Positions 27,832-42,250 of a DNA stretch of 64,000 bases are shown here, one piece after another; within the stretch, counting starts at the first letter, position 1, and every line of letters begins with the position of its first letter. The DNA comes from Eledone cirrhosa (Eukaryota): positions 193,440,001 through 193,504,000 of the forward strand of contig OZ024740.1 in NCBI GenBank assembly GCA_964016885.1, read 5' to 3'. Below the pieces are notes generated by a model, which worked only from the letters and a program-made list of their open reading frames with translations, searched no databases and was not told the DNA's origin. Position numbers and translations under genes: made by a program.

Positions 27832-28358
27832 TATTTCAAAATAATCACATCTAAAAAATAAAAAAGGCTTAGAAACAATAACGTAGGAAATAAAAATTAA
27901 AAATTCTATTACAAATTTGATTTCGTCCCCAGACAGACAGACCCTGAATCTCTTTATTTTAACCACCACTGTTGTCGGCGTCGTCCCTCTCGCCACAGTC
28001 ATCATCATCGTCGTCGGTACCTTCGTTTTTAACCGTCTCCGTCGGCAAATTCAGAGGCTTCACGCCTACTACATTCAATATTAACCTTATCCACCACAAC
28101 AGGCAGTACACACACACAAATACCTAAAGAGACACGTAGTCACAGCAATACCATACCACACGTAACTACACATCCCAAAAGAGGCGACAGTCAGATTATA
28201 GATAAAACAAAGTTTCAAAAGTAATTCTCTGATTGCGAAAGCGCACACAAACAAACACACTCACACACGTGCGTCTGCTTATAAGCAAAATCTTCGAGAC
28301 TTTGAATCACTTAAGTCGATATAAATACCAAGTAAGTGCAGTTGTACATTTGACATAT

Positions 28359-28885
<527 letters not shown>

Positions 28886-28890
<5 letters not shown>

Positions 28891-29755
28891 TGTATGTATA
28901 CGTATACGTACATACATATATGTATACAGACGTACAGTAGCATGCATATATATATATATACATACAGGCACACATATATACATGCACGTATCAGTTTACC
29001 GAACATTCATTATATTGTTCGCTTTGTTCGTTTGTAAACAAACGAACAGCCTGATTTACGCCGTACGGAGTTCAGGCAACCACGACACATTTTTGTTCAA
29101 CACTGACACAGGAACGATGTACTAGTTTCAAGCTTGTTAGCTATCGTCAGCACCGTATACCTTTCTGCCAGATGGTTGAACGTTCGAAAGTATATACTTT
29201 CCTTATGAAAAATAACGGCTGAGCAGCCTAATTTGCATATGGAGTGAGTTCAGTCGGCCAGGCGCACCGAAAACGATGAGTGGAATAGAATAAAACGAAA
29301 TTTCATTTCTCACTGTTAGTACGGCACTTACTTAAATGTAAGTATGTATGTATACGTACATACATATATGTATACAGACGTACAGTAGCATGTATATATA
29401 TATATATACATACAGGCACACATATATATATGCACGTATCAGTTTACCGAACATTTATTATAATGTTCGCTTTGTTCGTTTGTAAACAACCGAACAGCCT
29501 GATTTACGCCGTACAGTGTTCAGGCAACCACGTCACCTTTTTGTTCAACACTGAGACAGGAACGATGTACTAGTTTCAAGCTTGTTAGCTATCGTCAGCA
29601 CCGTATACCTTTCTGCCAGATGGTTGAACGTTCGAAAGTTTATACTTTCCTTATGAAAATTAACGGCTGAGCAGCCTAATTTGCATATCGAGTGAATTCA
29701 GTCGTAAGTGCCTTACTATGAGTGAGAAATGAAATTACGTTTCATTCTATTCCAT
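28886..29755 (-). repeat. ~448-bp hammerhead unit, ~1.8 tandem copies plus inverted tip
   Basis: Units start ~28886 and ~29339; 29705-29754 is the inverse of 29281-29330; related fragments at ~56750-56870 and ~57565-57700. Confidence 0.85.
29114..29156 (-). ncRNA. Type I minimal hammerhead ribozyme (second copy 29562-29604)
   Basis: acggtg CTGACGA TAGCT aaca AGCTT GAAA CTAG TA catcgt: 6-bp stem I, intact core, palindromic stem III. Confidence 0.85.
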
Positions 29756-29871
29756 ATATATATATATATAAACAAACATAAATTATCGAGATTCGCATTT
29801 CGGCCCACGAAATAATGAAAAACAACCTCCGAGATGTGAGGCAAGTGCTTAATGGTTCAGATGAACCAGAG

Positions 29872-29920
<49 letters not shown>

Positions 29921-29981
29921 TAGAAAGTGAGGTTTTTTTTACAAAATGAAAAATAACCGATGTGTCCTACACGAGTGAAAG

Positions 29982-30096
29982 TATAAAGAAAAGGAGATGA
30001 AATCGAAAATGCAACTGGAGTCTTATTTAAAATAAAATATATATATATTTTTTTAAAAATAAGACTCCAGTTGCATTTTCGATTTCATCTCTTTTT

Positions 30097-30103
<7 letters not shown>
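29982..30103. repeat. ~120-bp palindrome
   Basis: aaagaaaaggagatgaaatcgaaaatgcaactggagtcttattt and its reverse complement around a TA centre. Confidence 0.85.
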
Positions 30104-30170
<67 letters not shown>

Positions 30171-30383
30171 CAACTTCACCCCTCCCTCCTAATATTCTCT
30201 ATAAAAACCAAACAGGTTCTCAATAAAATTATTCTGATGAAATGACAGTTGATAATAACATTGAAATATTGAATGTCTGCATAACTAATACTTTGTAGAT
30301 AGCAGCTGTTTTCAGGTTATGTAACTGTTATTGAAACACGTGTCAATAAATTCCTTTTAACTAAACTGTATCCATTTAAATCC

Positions 30384-30460
<77 letters not shown>

Positions 30461-31291
30461 GGTGTTAAAGTTTGCTTGAAGCATTGTGAAATGTGTAAAA
30501 TACGTAGTTTAGAAAGCCACAACAATGCAGAGGGTAATCTCGAGGTAGGAAGTGAGTGATAGATAGGAGAAATAGGAGAAAGTGAAAATTGAGACAGACA
30601 AAGATGAAAACAAAACAAAGGTAGAAGGGTTACCGTAGTGGAGATTTAATCGCAATACTTCCGGCTCACGCCCATCAACGGGGGAAAGTTCCAAAAGAGG
30701 GGGGAACAGGCTAAGCGGAGAAAGTTGTGATGTCGTTAAAACAGGAATGCCGTTATGGGGAGGAAATTATTTAAAATTTAAACGAGGGAAAGAATGCGTG
30801 TGCGCGTGATAGGCTGTGGCAAAAGCTACTGACCAAATGGGTTAAATCGAGAGGGTGCGCTAGCGTGTGAAAGCCGTAAAATATGTGTGTGTAAATATAT
30901 ATGTGTGTGTAACTGTGTGTGTATATGTGTAAGTGTGTATATGTGTGAGTGTGTGTGTGTGTGAAAGATAGTGCGCTGTAGAAGCTGGAAATCAAAGGGT
31001 GTGAAAGGTGGTAGGTTGTAAAACATGTGTGCGTGTATAAATATAGATGTGTGTGTGTAAGCGTATGGGTATACATGTGTGTGTAACTGTGTGTGTATAT
31101 GTGTGAGTGCGTGTGTGTGTGAAAGATAGTGGGCTGTAGAAGCTGGAAATCAAAGGGTATGAAAGGTGGTAGGTTGTAAAAACATGTGTGCGTGTATAAA
31201 TATAGATGTGTGTGTGTATGCGTATGGGTATGCATATACGTGCGTGTGTGTGAAAATAGCAGGCCGTAAGGGATGTGAATGGTCACTATGG

Positions 31292-32143
31292 TTAAGTTAG
31301 CCATGTCAGCTCATTTCTCTCAGCCCGGTTGTTAAGTGGGGGTCTGAGGTTCTTAATAAAAAGTGCTTCCTTTATCCTTAAGGATCCGATGCTGCGTTCA
31401 GTCGCTAGGACTGTGACCAAGGGTCTACCCTGTGGGTTTCCGCATTTAAGGATGTGTTTACGGAAGGAAGATGCGCTGGTGTTGATGTGTTCCTTGATAC
31501 GAACATGTAGAGGTCGGATGGTGCTACCTATGTAAAACTTGTTACATTTATCGCATTGAATCTTATATACGACATAGGTGCGTAGGCAATCTGCCCCCCG
31601 TATCGGGCAGTTGCTGAGGGAACACGTCCCATCTGACTCGTCGGGTTTGTTGGAGAGGCATCTTCGCAGCGAAGGTCCTGTGTGGGCCAAATATATGTCA
31701 AGTCCCTCCGTCCGTATGGCCCTGCGGATGGCGTTCGTGGTATATTCACTCAGGTGGGGGATTTTAAAGAAGCACCTGCTTTTATTTAAGTTTCTAGTGG
31801 ATGTCTGTCTATTGGGTCTGGGGTCTCTAATTCCGTTAATCAGTCGCTTGGGATAACCATTAGACCTGAGTAGATTACGGAATTGCGTGGTATGTGTGAG
31901 ACCACCCATCGGATCGCTGCATCTGTTAGTGATCCGTGTCAGTTCATTTAGGACATAGCCTCTCTTAGCGTTGTTGGGGAGGGCTGAGTTGTAATGCACA
32001 AATAAGTCCTTGCACGCTGCTTTGCGGTAGAAGGTGGTGTTTATGTCTCCTTCTTCCGAGATGTTGATACGGAAGTCGAGGAGGGCGAGTGACTCTTCTT
32101 CTCCTGGGTGTTCGATGGTGAAATCGACGTGATGGTCAGTATC
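31292..32143 (-). pseudogene. PLE RT C-terminus + GIY-YIG endonuclease, left arm (open but 5'-truncated)
   Basis: FTIEHP....L.LLDF, FYRK.....LFVHYNSALP, LRSNGYP, VVYKIQCDKCNKFYIGSTIRPLHVRIKEH, EALFIK..RPPLN. Confidence 0.9.
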
Positions 32144-32149
32144 TTCAAC

Positions 32150-33001
32150 GATACTGACCATCACGTCGATTTCACCATCGAACACCCAGGAGAAGAAGGG
32201 TCACTCGCCCTCCTCGACTTCCGTATCAACATCTCGGAAGAAGGAGACATAAACACCACCTTCTACCGCAAAGCAGCGTGCAAGGACTTATTTGTGCATT
32301 ACAACTCAGCCCTCCCCAACAACGCTAAGAGAGACTATGTCCTAAATGAACTGACACGGATCACTAACAGATGCAGCGACCCGATGGGTGGTCTCACCCA
32401 TACCACGCAATTCCGTAATCTACTCAGATCTAATGGTTATCCCAAGCGACTGATTAACGGTATTAGAGACCCCAGACCCAATAGACAGACACCCACTAGA
32501 AACTTAAATAAAAACAGGTGCTTCATTAAAATCCCCCACCTGAGTGAATATACCACGAACGCCATTCGCAGGGCCATACGGACGAAGGGACTTGACATAC
32601 ATTTGGACCACACAGGACCTTCGCTGCGAAGATGCCTCTCCAACAAACCCGACGAGTCAGATGGGACGTGTTCCCTCAGCAACTGCCCGATACGGGGGGC
32701 AGATTGCCTACGCACCTATGTCGTATATAAGATTCAATGCGATAAATGTAACAAGTTTTACATAGGTAGCACCATCCGACCCCTACATGTTCGTATCAAG
32801 GAACATATCAACACCAACGCATCTTCCTTCCGTAAACACATCCTTAAATGCGGAAACCCACAGGGTAGACCCTTGGTCACAGTCCTAGCGACTGAACGCA
32901 GCATCGGATCCTTAAGGATAAAGGAAGCACTTGTTATTAAGAACCTCAGACCCCCACTTAACAACCGGGCTGAGAGAAATGAGCTGACATGGCTAACTTA
33001 A
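32150..33001 (+). pseudogene. PLE RT C-terminus + GIY-YIG endonuclease, right arm
   Basis: Same motifs as the left arm, with about ten amino-acid differences. Confidence 0.9.
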
Positions 33002-33786
33002 CCATAGTGACCATTCACAGCCTACGGCCTGCTATCTTCACACACACGCACGTATATGCATACCCATACGCATACACACACACATCTATATTTATACACG
33101 CACACATGTTTTTACAACCTACCACCTTTCACACCCTTTGATTTCCAGCTTCTACAGCCCACTATCTTTCACACACACACGCACTCACACATATACACAC
33201 ACAGTTACACACACATGTATACCCATACGCTTACACACACACATCTATATTTATACACGCACACATGTTTTACAACCTACCACCTTTCACACCCTTTGAT
33301 TTCCAGCTTCTACAGCCCACTATCTTTCACACACACACACACTCACACATATACACACTTACACATATACACACACAGTTACACACACATATATATTTAC
33401 ACACACATATTTTACGGCTTTCACACGCTAGCGCACCCTCTTGATTTAACCCATTTGGTCAGTAGCTTTTGCCACAGCCTATCACGCGCACGCGCATTCT
33501 TTCCCTCATTTAAATTTTAAATAATTTCCTCCCCATAACGGCATTCCTGTTTTAACGACATCACAACTTTCTCCGCTTAGCTTGTTCCCCCCTCTTTTGG
33601 AACTTCCCCCGTTGATGGGCGTGAGCCCGAAATATTGGGATTAAATCTCCACTACGGTAACCCTTCTACCTTTGTTTTGTTTTCATCTTTGTCTCTCTCA
33701 ATTTTCACTTTCTCCTATTTCTCCTATCTATCATTCACTTCCTACCTCGAGATTTCCCTCTGCATTGTTGTGGCTTTCTAAACTAC

Positions 33787-33831
<45 letters not shown>

Positions 33832-33844
33832 TAGATATATATAA

Positions 33845-36800
33845 TAAGAAGGAATATGACGTCACTTTCAGCTTATATCTGGAGTCTAAAAGACAACCAC
33901 ACCTAATAAGAGTTACAGTGGGAGATCCTAGCTTAGGCTAGATCGTATAACGGAAATAAAAGACCATGTGACCTCTGCGCCGCTGAGGCCTTGGAAATAC
34001 TCTACGCCACAGACCACATCTTAAACCAAAATCTGAGTCAATTTCGGATTGTAAACATAAATTGCACAAAACGTTACTGTATTACAGACCCACATTATAC
34101 CCTAACGGATAGTACGATCTATACGCGGATATTTTACGTCTTGGTGTGGTACCTAAGTATATGTTTTGTTTATACCATTACTTATTTGCATAGGTAAGTA
34201 TATATTACCTGTATGTTTTGTTAAGGTGCGTATATTTGATTGTATATGTTATGGCGTATATTTTATATATTATTGTACATATGCTTTTGGTTATATGTAT
34301 ACGTGAGTTTCGCGTCTGTGTGAGTATGCGGGTTCGTACGTATGTAGGGTGTGTATATATGTGTAATTCTTGTTTTGGTTGACGTTCGTCTCCGAACATT
34401 GTGTATTTATATGTAGGTATGTGTGTGCGCTTGTTATATACGTATTTATTTATGTATATACGTTTATTTAATTATTTGTATACACGCACATACACACACA
34501 TATTTATATGTGCGTGTATTTGTATACCTATGGCGAGTGTTTTCACGTAGGGTTGTGTATGTACGTATAGGGATGCGTGCATGTATTTATTTAATTTCAA
34601 TTACCTGTGTATTTTATTTACTTTATTTTTAACTCCGAAGCGGAGAATCATTCGGTTTCCTAGTTAGAATTTTAGTCTACGACTTCAGTTATACCATTTA
34701 CGTGGTTTTGTCTTTGTGTGCAATTGTTCTCCACGCTCCACATTTGACGTATTATCTTCGTTTTTTTTCGTTCATTACCAGTGGATGTCTCTATGAATCA
34801 CCGAAGAGAATATTAGTCTACGACTACTTTTATACCATAAACGTGGTTCTGTCTTTTCGTGTAATTGTTTTTCACCGCTCCAAATAATGACGTATTATAT
34901 TCGTTTTATCCCGTTCTTTGCCAGGGAACGTTTCCACGAACCAAAGTATCATCTTCCTGTCTTCCTTCGGTTGCAACGTTTTTGAAATATTCACTTATGC
35001 GTTCACAGATTGACTTTGTTGGTTTCAGAACATCTTGTTAAGCGTGAAAGCAGCGATTTTTGCTTAAATTTTAATCTGTTATTTTAATAAATATTTGCTC
35101 TGCGTTTCTTATATATTTGATATATATTTATCCTTATCGAGCCCTCTTTTGATTTTAGTCTTCAAATTTATTATTATTACTATTTGGCTCCCTCGTTTGA
35201 GCACTCTATTGATTTATATTCATCATGCAGAAACAACATCTGAATATTTCTACAAAGAACTTACCCGTACCAAGCAGGAAAACGTACCTAAACTCCTGAT
35301 ACAGAAAACAGACGCGTTCATTAAAAGGTTGCGTTGGCGTGCCTTTTATTTCGATAATCAGCGAACACCAGACAACAAACATGATAAATTTGGGTTTAAA
35401 ACCTATAATAACCCTCTGTGTAACCTAGCATTGATACCCATCCAAAATGATGTCTTGGAACTCATACGGAGTATCAAATTTCGGAATAGGAGCAATTCCT
35501 TCCAGCAGGACCTGAAGAATAGAATTTGTTCTATTAATTATTCTAATGCTGTTGATTGACGTCCATTCCGACAAAACTGGCAACCTATATCAAGTGGAGC
35601 GCAGTACTTACCATCAACTACTACATAATGCTGTAACTCAGGATTACCGGAAAACTAATCGGTGCGTCATTAATGAAATCAACGATGCTGGGTTTAAAAT
35701 CACCTCTGTTCTCAACATTCTGGACCAGACCGAACCTCTGGACCCTATTTCTCCTCGCTTTACCCTGAAGGATCGCAAATCCAATTTTCCGAACAACCCC
35801 TCTATTCAGCTTATTAACCCTACGAAGTCCGATTTAAGGTAGATTTAGTAAAAGGATTCTTGACAGAATTATACCTGAAATTAGAGGTTTGGCCCCTCTT
35901 GCACAGTGGAACAATTCTTTCGCGGTGATTGATTGGATAAACGGCATATGCAACAAGGAACATTGCCGTTTTATCCAATTCGACATCAATAATTACTACT
36001 CCTCCATCACTTTACCACTTCTCCTTAGAGCTATCAATTTCGCTAAAACACTCACAGTTGTTAAGGATTTAGAAGTTGATGTCATCCTCAATGCCCGTAA
36101 GTCGGTGATTAATTTCGACGACTCTATTTGGATGAAATAATCTAATAGTACCCCATTCGGCGTGAGTATGGGCGACAGCGATTCTGCCGAGGTTACTGAT
36201 TATTATCGGCCTTTTCCTTCTTTTCTCTATCAAGGACGAATTCCCCAACGAGGGCGGTGGTTTGTACTGTGATGATGGTCTTTTGACCATGACTAATTGC
36301 GACCCACGTACAGATTCAGAAAAGAACTCAAAGCCTTATTTAAAGGCTTCAACCTCTCTATACAGTTTGAGGCAACCTCTCGGTCGTTAATTACCTCGAC
36401 GTTACCCTCAATCTATCGAATGGCTTGTATTACCCGTATAGAAAGCCGAATGATACGCTTAATTTCATAAGTAAGCATTCCAACCATCCTGCCAGCATAA
36501 CCAAGAACCTGGTAAGAAACGTTTCTTTGAGGCTTTCCCATCTATCTAATAACGAGCATATTTTCAACGACCGTTCCACTTATTACAATGAAACTCTTGC
36601 TCGGAGTGAATTTGTCGATAAGCTAGCATATACAGAGTACGAGAATAGACCTAGAAGAAATAAATCCCGACGCATTATATGGTATAACCCACCATATAAT
36701 ATGGAGATGGCCACACCATTAGCTAAGATATTTCTATCCCTTAGTACGAAGCACTTTCCCCCTACACATAAATATAGTAAAGATTTTAATAGAAATACTA

Positions 36801-38330
36801 TTAAAATGTCTTACTCTACGACTCCTAACCTTGCACATAACATCACAGCTTGAAATTTAGTTAAACTACCTAGCCGTAGGAACACGTGCAACCCTGTAGT
36901 TAGTACTAACTGTAATTGTAAGAATCGGGTTGATTGCGCCCTATCCGGGAAATGCCTCTCTAGTAACATTGTCTACAAATGTAAGGTTGAAACAACCACG
37001 TCCCGTAGGGCCTACATAGGGTTAACCGCAAATAGATTAAAGCAGCGTCTTTACATGCATACCCATTCTTTTCGTTACCCTCTAAGAAGGAATATGACGT
37101 CACTTTCAGCTTATATCTGGAGTCTAAAAGACAACCGCACCCAATATAAGTTACACTGGGAGATCCTAGCTTAGGTTAGATCGTATAACGGAAATAAAAG
37201 ACTGGTTACCTCTGCGCCGCTGAGACCCTGGACATACTCTACGTCACAGACCACATCTTAAACAAAAAATCTGAGGCAATTTTGGATTGTAAACATAAAT
37301 TGCACAAAACTTTCCTGTATTACAGCCCCACATTATACCCTAACGGATAGAACGATCTATACGCGGATACTTTACGTCTTGTTGTGGTAGCTAAGTATAT
37401 GTTATGTTTATACCATTACTTATTTGTATAGGTAAGTATATAATACCTGTATGTTTTGTGAAGGTACGTATACTTTCTCGTACGTATATTTGATTGTATA
37501 TGTTATGTCGTATATTTTATATATTCTGGTACATATGCTTTTGATTATGTGTATACGTGAGTTTCGCGTCCGGGTTCGTACGTATGTAGGGTGCGTGTAT
37601 ATGTGTACTTCGTGTTTTGGTTGACGTTCGTCTCCGAACATTTGTGTATTTACATGTAGGTTTGTGTGTGCGCTTGTTATATACGTATTTATTAATTTAT
37701 ATACGTTTATTTAATTATTTGTATACACGCACATACACGCACATATTTATATGTGCGTGTATTTGTATACCTATGGCGAGTGTTTTCGCGTATGGTTGTG
37801 TATGTACGTATAGGGATGCGTGCATGTATTTATTTAATTTCAATTACCTGTGTATTTTATTTACTTTATTTTTAACACTGGTGCGGAGAATCATTCGGTT
37901 TCCTAGTTAAAATTTTAGTCTACAACTTCAGTTATACCATTTACGTGGTTGTCTTTTCGTGCAATTGTTCTCCACGCTCCACATATGACGTATTATCTTC
38001 GTTTTTTCCGTTCATTGCTAGAGAACGTCTCTATGAACCACCTAACAGAATATTAGTCTACGACTTCTTTTATACCATAAACGTGGATCTGTCTTTGCGT
38101 GTAATTGTTTTATACCGTTCCAAATAATGACGTATTATATTCGTTTTTTCCCGTTCTTTGCCAGGGAATGTTTCCACGAACCAAAGTATCATCTTCCTGT
38201 CTTCCTCCGGTTGCAACGTTTTTTGAAATATTCACTTCTGCGTTCACAGATTGACTTTGTTAGTTTCAGAAGAACCCGTTAAGTGTGAAAGCAGCGATTC
38301 TTTGCTTAATCTTTAATCTGTTATTTTAAG
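33845..38330 (+). mobile_element. Near full-length Penelope-like element with pseudo-LTR (partial tandem) structure
   Basis: 33845-35088 is a direct repeat of 37084-38328, and the two flank a disrupted RT-GIY-YIG ORF. Confidence 0.9.
35226..37290 (+). pseudogene. PLE RT-GIY-YIG ORF with stops and frameshifts (GLYxDD type, Nematis-like by inference)
   Basis: FIKRLRWRAFYF, DKTGNLY, LINPTKSDL, FIQFDINNYYSSI, F.VSMG.SDSAEV, GLYCDDGL, PYRKPND..FISKHSNHP, IIWYNPPY, CNCKNR..C.L.GKC, VYKC.V....RAYIGLT. Confidence 0.9.
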
Positions 38331-38339
38331 TAGTAGTAA

Positions 38340-40850
38340 AAGTAGCACTATTTAAAAGGGAGCTGTCCGTGGGACTGACTTAAATAATTGAGTGACCTTG
38401 GATGACTTCACTTTTCTCAGTCACCGGCAATCATATTGTACGCCGAGCTCTGGCCATTTCAGCACCCTCGACTCATTTGTCGATACTTGCCGCTGTATTG
38501 TGATTCGGTTCCGTTTCCACCAGCATTCTCGTCGCTCTAACATCACGCGAACTGAGCTCTCCGCTCTTCGGAAACTTCAGTGTCGCGATGACATTGTCAT
38601 CAAACCCGCTGACAAAGGTGGCGCTGTAGTGGTTTGGGGCTGACCTCTATAGGGCTGAGACTCTCCGCCAGCTTCACAATAACCTTTTTTTTTTACCGCC
38701 CGTTATGCTCCGACCCCACTCCTGGCTACCATCAACTCGTGTCCTCCACCATCCACGAATTCATCTCCTCCTCTCACCTAGCCCCCACACCCACCAACCT
38801 TATTGTACGCGCCACTCGCATACACACCATCTACTTCCTCCGAAAAATACACAAACAAAATAATCCTGGCCGTCCTATCGTTTCTCCGTGCAACTGCCCC
38901 ACCGAGATAATTTCTGAATATTTAGACACCATCCTCGGGGGTTTGTCGGCAATCTCCCCTTCCACATCCACGATACAAATCATGCCCTAGACTTTTCAAC
39001 TCTTTCTCCTCCCCTCCTGGTCCCTCCCGCCTTCTCTTTACCCTGGACATCACTTCTCACTATACCGTCACCCCTCATGATGACGGCCTCCGCGCTCTCC
39101 AGCATTTTGTAGATTTACGCCCCACCTCTTACCCCAGCACTACCACTCTTCTCCGTCTGGCTGAGCTTGTTCTCACCCTCAATGGATTTTCTTTTTCGGT
39201 TGAATTTTACAAGCAGGTCTCTGGGGTAGCGATGGGAACCAGAATGGGTCCAAACTATGCCAACTTTTTTGTTGGCTACGTCGAAGCCCAGATCTTCTCC
39301 CAGTGCGCTGGACCGACTCCTGAGCTATACGGTCATTATATCGATGACTGTATCGGCGTCACCTCTCTATCCCGAGAACAGTTCGACTGTTTTCTTTCTT
39401 TTATCCAATCTTTCCATCCTGCTCTCAATTTCACCGCCTCCGTCTCCGATTCTTCTGTCACTGTTATAGATATCTCTCTATCTATTAATCGCTCTCACCA
39501 CTCGGTCTCTACTTCCATCTACATTAACCCAACAGATTCCCAATCTTATCTCGACTTCACCTCCTCCCATCCAACCCACACGAAACACTCCATAGCCTAT
39601 TCCCAATTCCTCCGTCTTCGACGACTCTGGAGCCAGGACGACGATTTCGAAACCTATTCCGTTCGCATGGCTTCCTGCTTCATACAGCGTGGATATCCCC
39701 ACCTTGATCCAAGCTTCTCTCACCCGCTCCCGTGAAACAGACCGCACCACCACCCTCTAAACCCCACCCTCGCACTCGCAACACCCGTGTTCCTTTCCCT
39801 CTCACCTACCACTCCGGTGACATATCCCCCGTTCCTTCCGTATCCTCTTTTTTGACTCCGTCACTTCTCGCTTTTTTCCAAACCCACACATTACTGTTTT
39901 TAAGCAGGCCCGAAACCTCCGCGACCTCATAGTTTGTAGTTCTTTTTCGTCCTCTCCCACGACTCCACCCAGCTCTCATCCTTGTTCCCGTTCCCGCTGC
40001 AACAGTTGTACCTTTATTTCCACCATCACCACTCTTATAGCCCCTAACGGGTCTTTCCGTATTCGCCATTCCTTCACCTACAAATCCACCCACCTTGTCT
40101 ACGCCCTCCCGTGTTCTCTTAGCGGGTCTTTATATATCGAACAAACGGGACGCCGTATGGCGGACCGGTTTACCGAACATTTGTGGGACATACGACTCGG
40201 TTTGGATACTCCTGTCGCCCGTCATTTCTGTTCTCCTGGTCATTCCTCCCCACATGTTTCAGTCCTGGGTGTCCTTGTACATCATGGATCACAAGCCTCA
40301 CGCACCAGGACTGACTAAAGTCTGATTCACCGTCTTGGGTCCTATTCCTCTATTGGACTCAACTCACCTCTCCAATTTCTCTAATACCCCGTCCATTTTC
40401 ATACCACTAGATTCTTATCGCTTTCTCATAGCTACGTACTTACATGTACCCCCCCCCCCACACACACACACATACACCCACACACACACACACACACAAA
40501 CACACACATGATTACGCTCGTACTCAAGTATAGCTCTTTTTACAGAAGGTTTTTTCCATTTCAAGTAGACGCCATCATCCACTTTTCTAAAAAAAAATAT
40601 TCACAGAACGACAGCACCAACAGTTTTCAAGAGATGTCAACATGAATGGCCTTATTATTTTCATCTAAAGACATGTTTTCCAATTCCATCCCGCCCATCC
40701 CCTTAATCTATTTTATTTCTCATTCTTTCTTCTGATGAAGGACTAGCGTCCGTAACGTTAAGACCCTCAGCCTGCTATATCAAGCGTTAACCTAATATAT
40801 ACCTTCCATATACTGTACCGATTGTGTTGTTATTCCTGTTTACCTTTTAC
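38340..40850 (+). mobile_element. Penelope-like element (Neptune-like), 5'-truncated, frameshifted
   Basis: IVIKPADKGGAVVVW, KIHK.NNPGRPIVS, MGTRMGPNYAN, YIDD, PTDSQSYLDFTSSHP, SQFLRLRR, decayed GIY-YIG ~39930-40385; 3' UTR with hammerhead remnant; ends at (TA)n. Confidence 0.9.
40728..40763 (+). ncRNA. Hammerhead remnant (GAAA>GTAA mutation)
   Basis: tctt CTGATGA AGGAC TAGC GTCC GTAA CG TT aaga. Confidence 0.6.
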
Positions 40851-40874
40851 ATACATATATATATATATATATAT

Positions 40875-41327
40875 TAGAGTTGGTGCTCTGAAATAGCCAT
40901 ATATATATGAATGTATATATATTGTATTTTGCAATACACTTTAAGCTTAATTAAAAGCATTTTGAAGACCGTATGCTATTGTTTTAGAGTAGTGACAGAC
41001 TCACTTACGTTAATTTCAGCAAACAGGGGGAAATAAAGCTGACAAGGCCTTGTTTCTGCATTTATTGATGCTTACCAAAGCCAACTACTCCCTCCCGTCT
41101 GCTGAAATTACGGATGTTATGTTCTTATATAATTCTAGTAAATAATCAGGAACTGATTATACAGAGCGTTGCCGGTCAAGCAGAAATAAGGCCTTGTCAG
41201 CTTTATCTACCCCTGTTTGCTGAAATTAAAGTAAGTGAGTCTGTCACTACTCTAAAACAATAGCATACGGTCTTCAAAATGCTTTTAATTAAGCATAAAG
41301 TGTATTGCAAAATACACTATATATACA

Positions 41328-41336
<9 letters not shown>
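40875..41336. repeat. Fold-back short repeat related to the 310-bp hammerhead family at 50311
   Basis: ~40898-41051 inverted at ~41187-41336; shares gctctgaaatagc, cattttgaagacc and agagc.gttgccggtc with 50311-51137. Confidence 0.75.
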
Positions 41337-41413
<77 letters not shown>

Positions 41414-42250
41414 CATAACAGATTAAAGTTTAAGCAATGAATCGCTGCTTTCACCCTTAACGGGATTTTCTGAAACTAACAAAATCAATCTGTGAACGCA
41501 GAAGTAAATATTTCGAAAAACGTTGCAACCGAAGGAAGACAGGAAGACGATACTTTCGTTCGTGCAAACGTTCCCTGGCAAAGAACGGAAAAAACGAAGA
41601 TAATACGTCATTATTTGGAGCGGTGGATTGGCAGTATCGGTAGAGGGTCGGACGACATGCTTTCCAGCATAGTTACGTCCCTTTACGATCTGAGTTCATA
41701 TCTCGCCGAGGTTGACTTTGCCTTTCATCCTTACGGGGTAGATAAAATAAAGTACAAGTAATGCACTGGGTAATTGTTGCCCTTGTGCCTAAAGTAGAAA
41801 CAATTATTTGGAGCGGTGAAACAATTACACGCAATGACAAAACCACATTTATGGTATAAATGAAGTCGTAGACTAATATTCTATTAGGTGGTTCGTAGAG
41901 ACGTTCTCTGGCAATGAACGGAAAAAACGAAGATAATATGTCATTATATGGATCGGAGAGAACAATTAAACGCAAAGACAAAACCAAGTTCATGTTATAA
42001 CTGAAGTCGTAGACTCAAATTCTATTCAGGAAACCGAATGTTTCTCGGCTTAAGAGTTAAGAATAATGTAAATTACGGAGGTAATTGAAATTAAATATAT
42101 ACATGCACACATCCATATACGTACATGCACATGCATACGCGAAAACACTCGCCATGGGTATGCATATACAAGCACGTACACAAAAAAACACGCACGTGCA
42201 TACAGAACCCACGCACCGCCTGTACCCGCACAGATATTAACGTATACATC
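41414..42250 (-). mobile_element. 3' UTR/pLTR fragment of the 33845-38330 PLE family, interrupted by a SINE
   Basis: Reverse complement of ~37720-38325. Confidence 0.8.
41619..41808 (+). mobile_element. tRNA-derived SINE (octopod-type)
   Basis: gcggtggattggcag (A-box-like), gagttca..tc.cgcc (B-box-like), gactttgcctttcatcct..ggggt.gataaa core, cttgtgcctaaagtagaaacaattatt tail. Confidence 0.85.

Larger units (their letters stand above)
30458..33789. mobile_element. Fold-back (palindromic) 5'-truncated Penelope-like element
   Basis: Arms ~30501-32143 and 32150-33789 are inverted copies with a 6-nt spacer TTCAAC; (TA)n on both sides. Confidence 0.95.

Noticed and set aside
27940-28130. Possible minus-strand host exon with an acidic end (…KNEGTDDDDDDCGERDDADNSGG*)
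   Set aside because: Short, no recognisable homology and no partner exons; cannot be supported without RNA-seq
33605-33640. Hammerhead-like motif in the palindromic PLE UTR (ccgttgat gggc gtga gccc gaaa tatt)
   Set aside because: Core deviates from CUGANGA at two positions in both arms, so not called as a ribozyme
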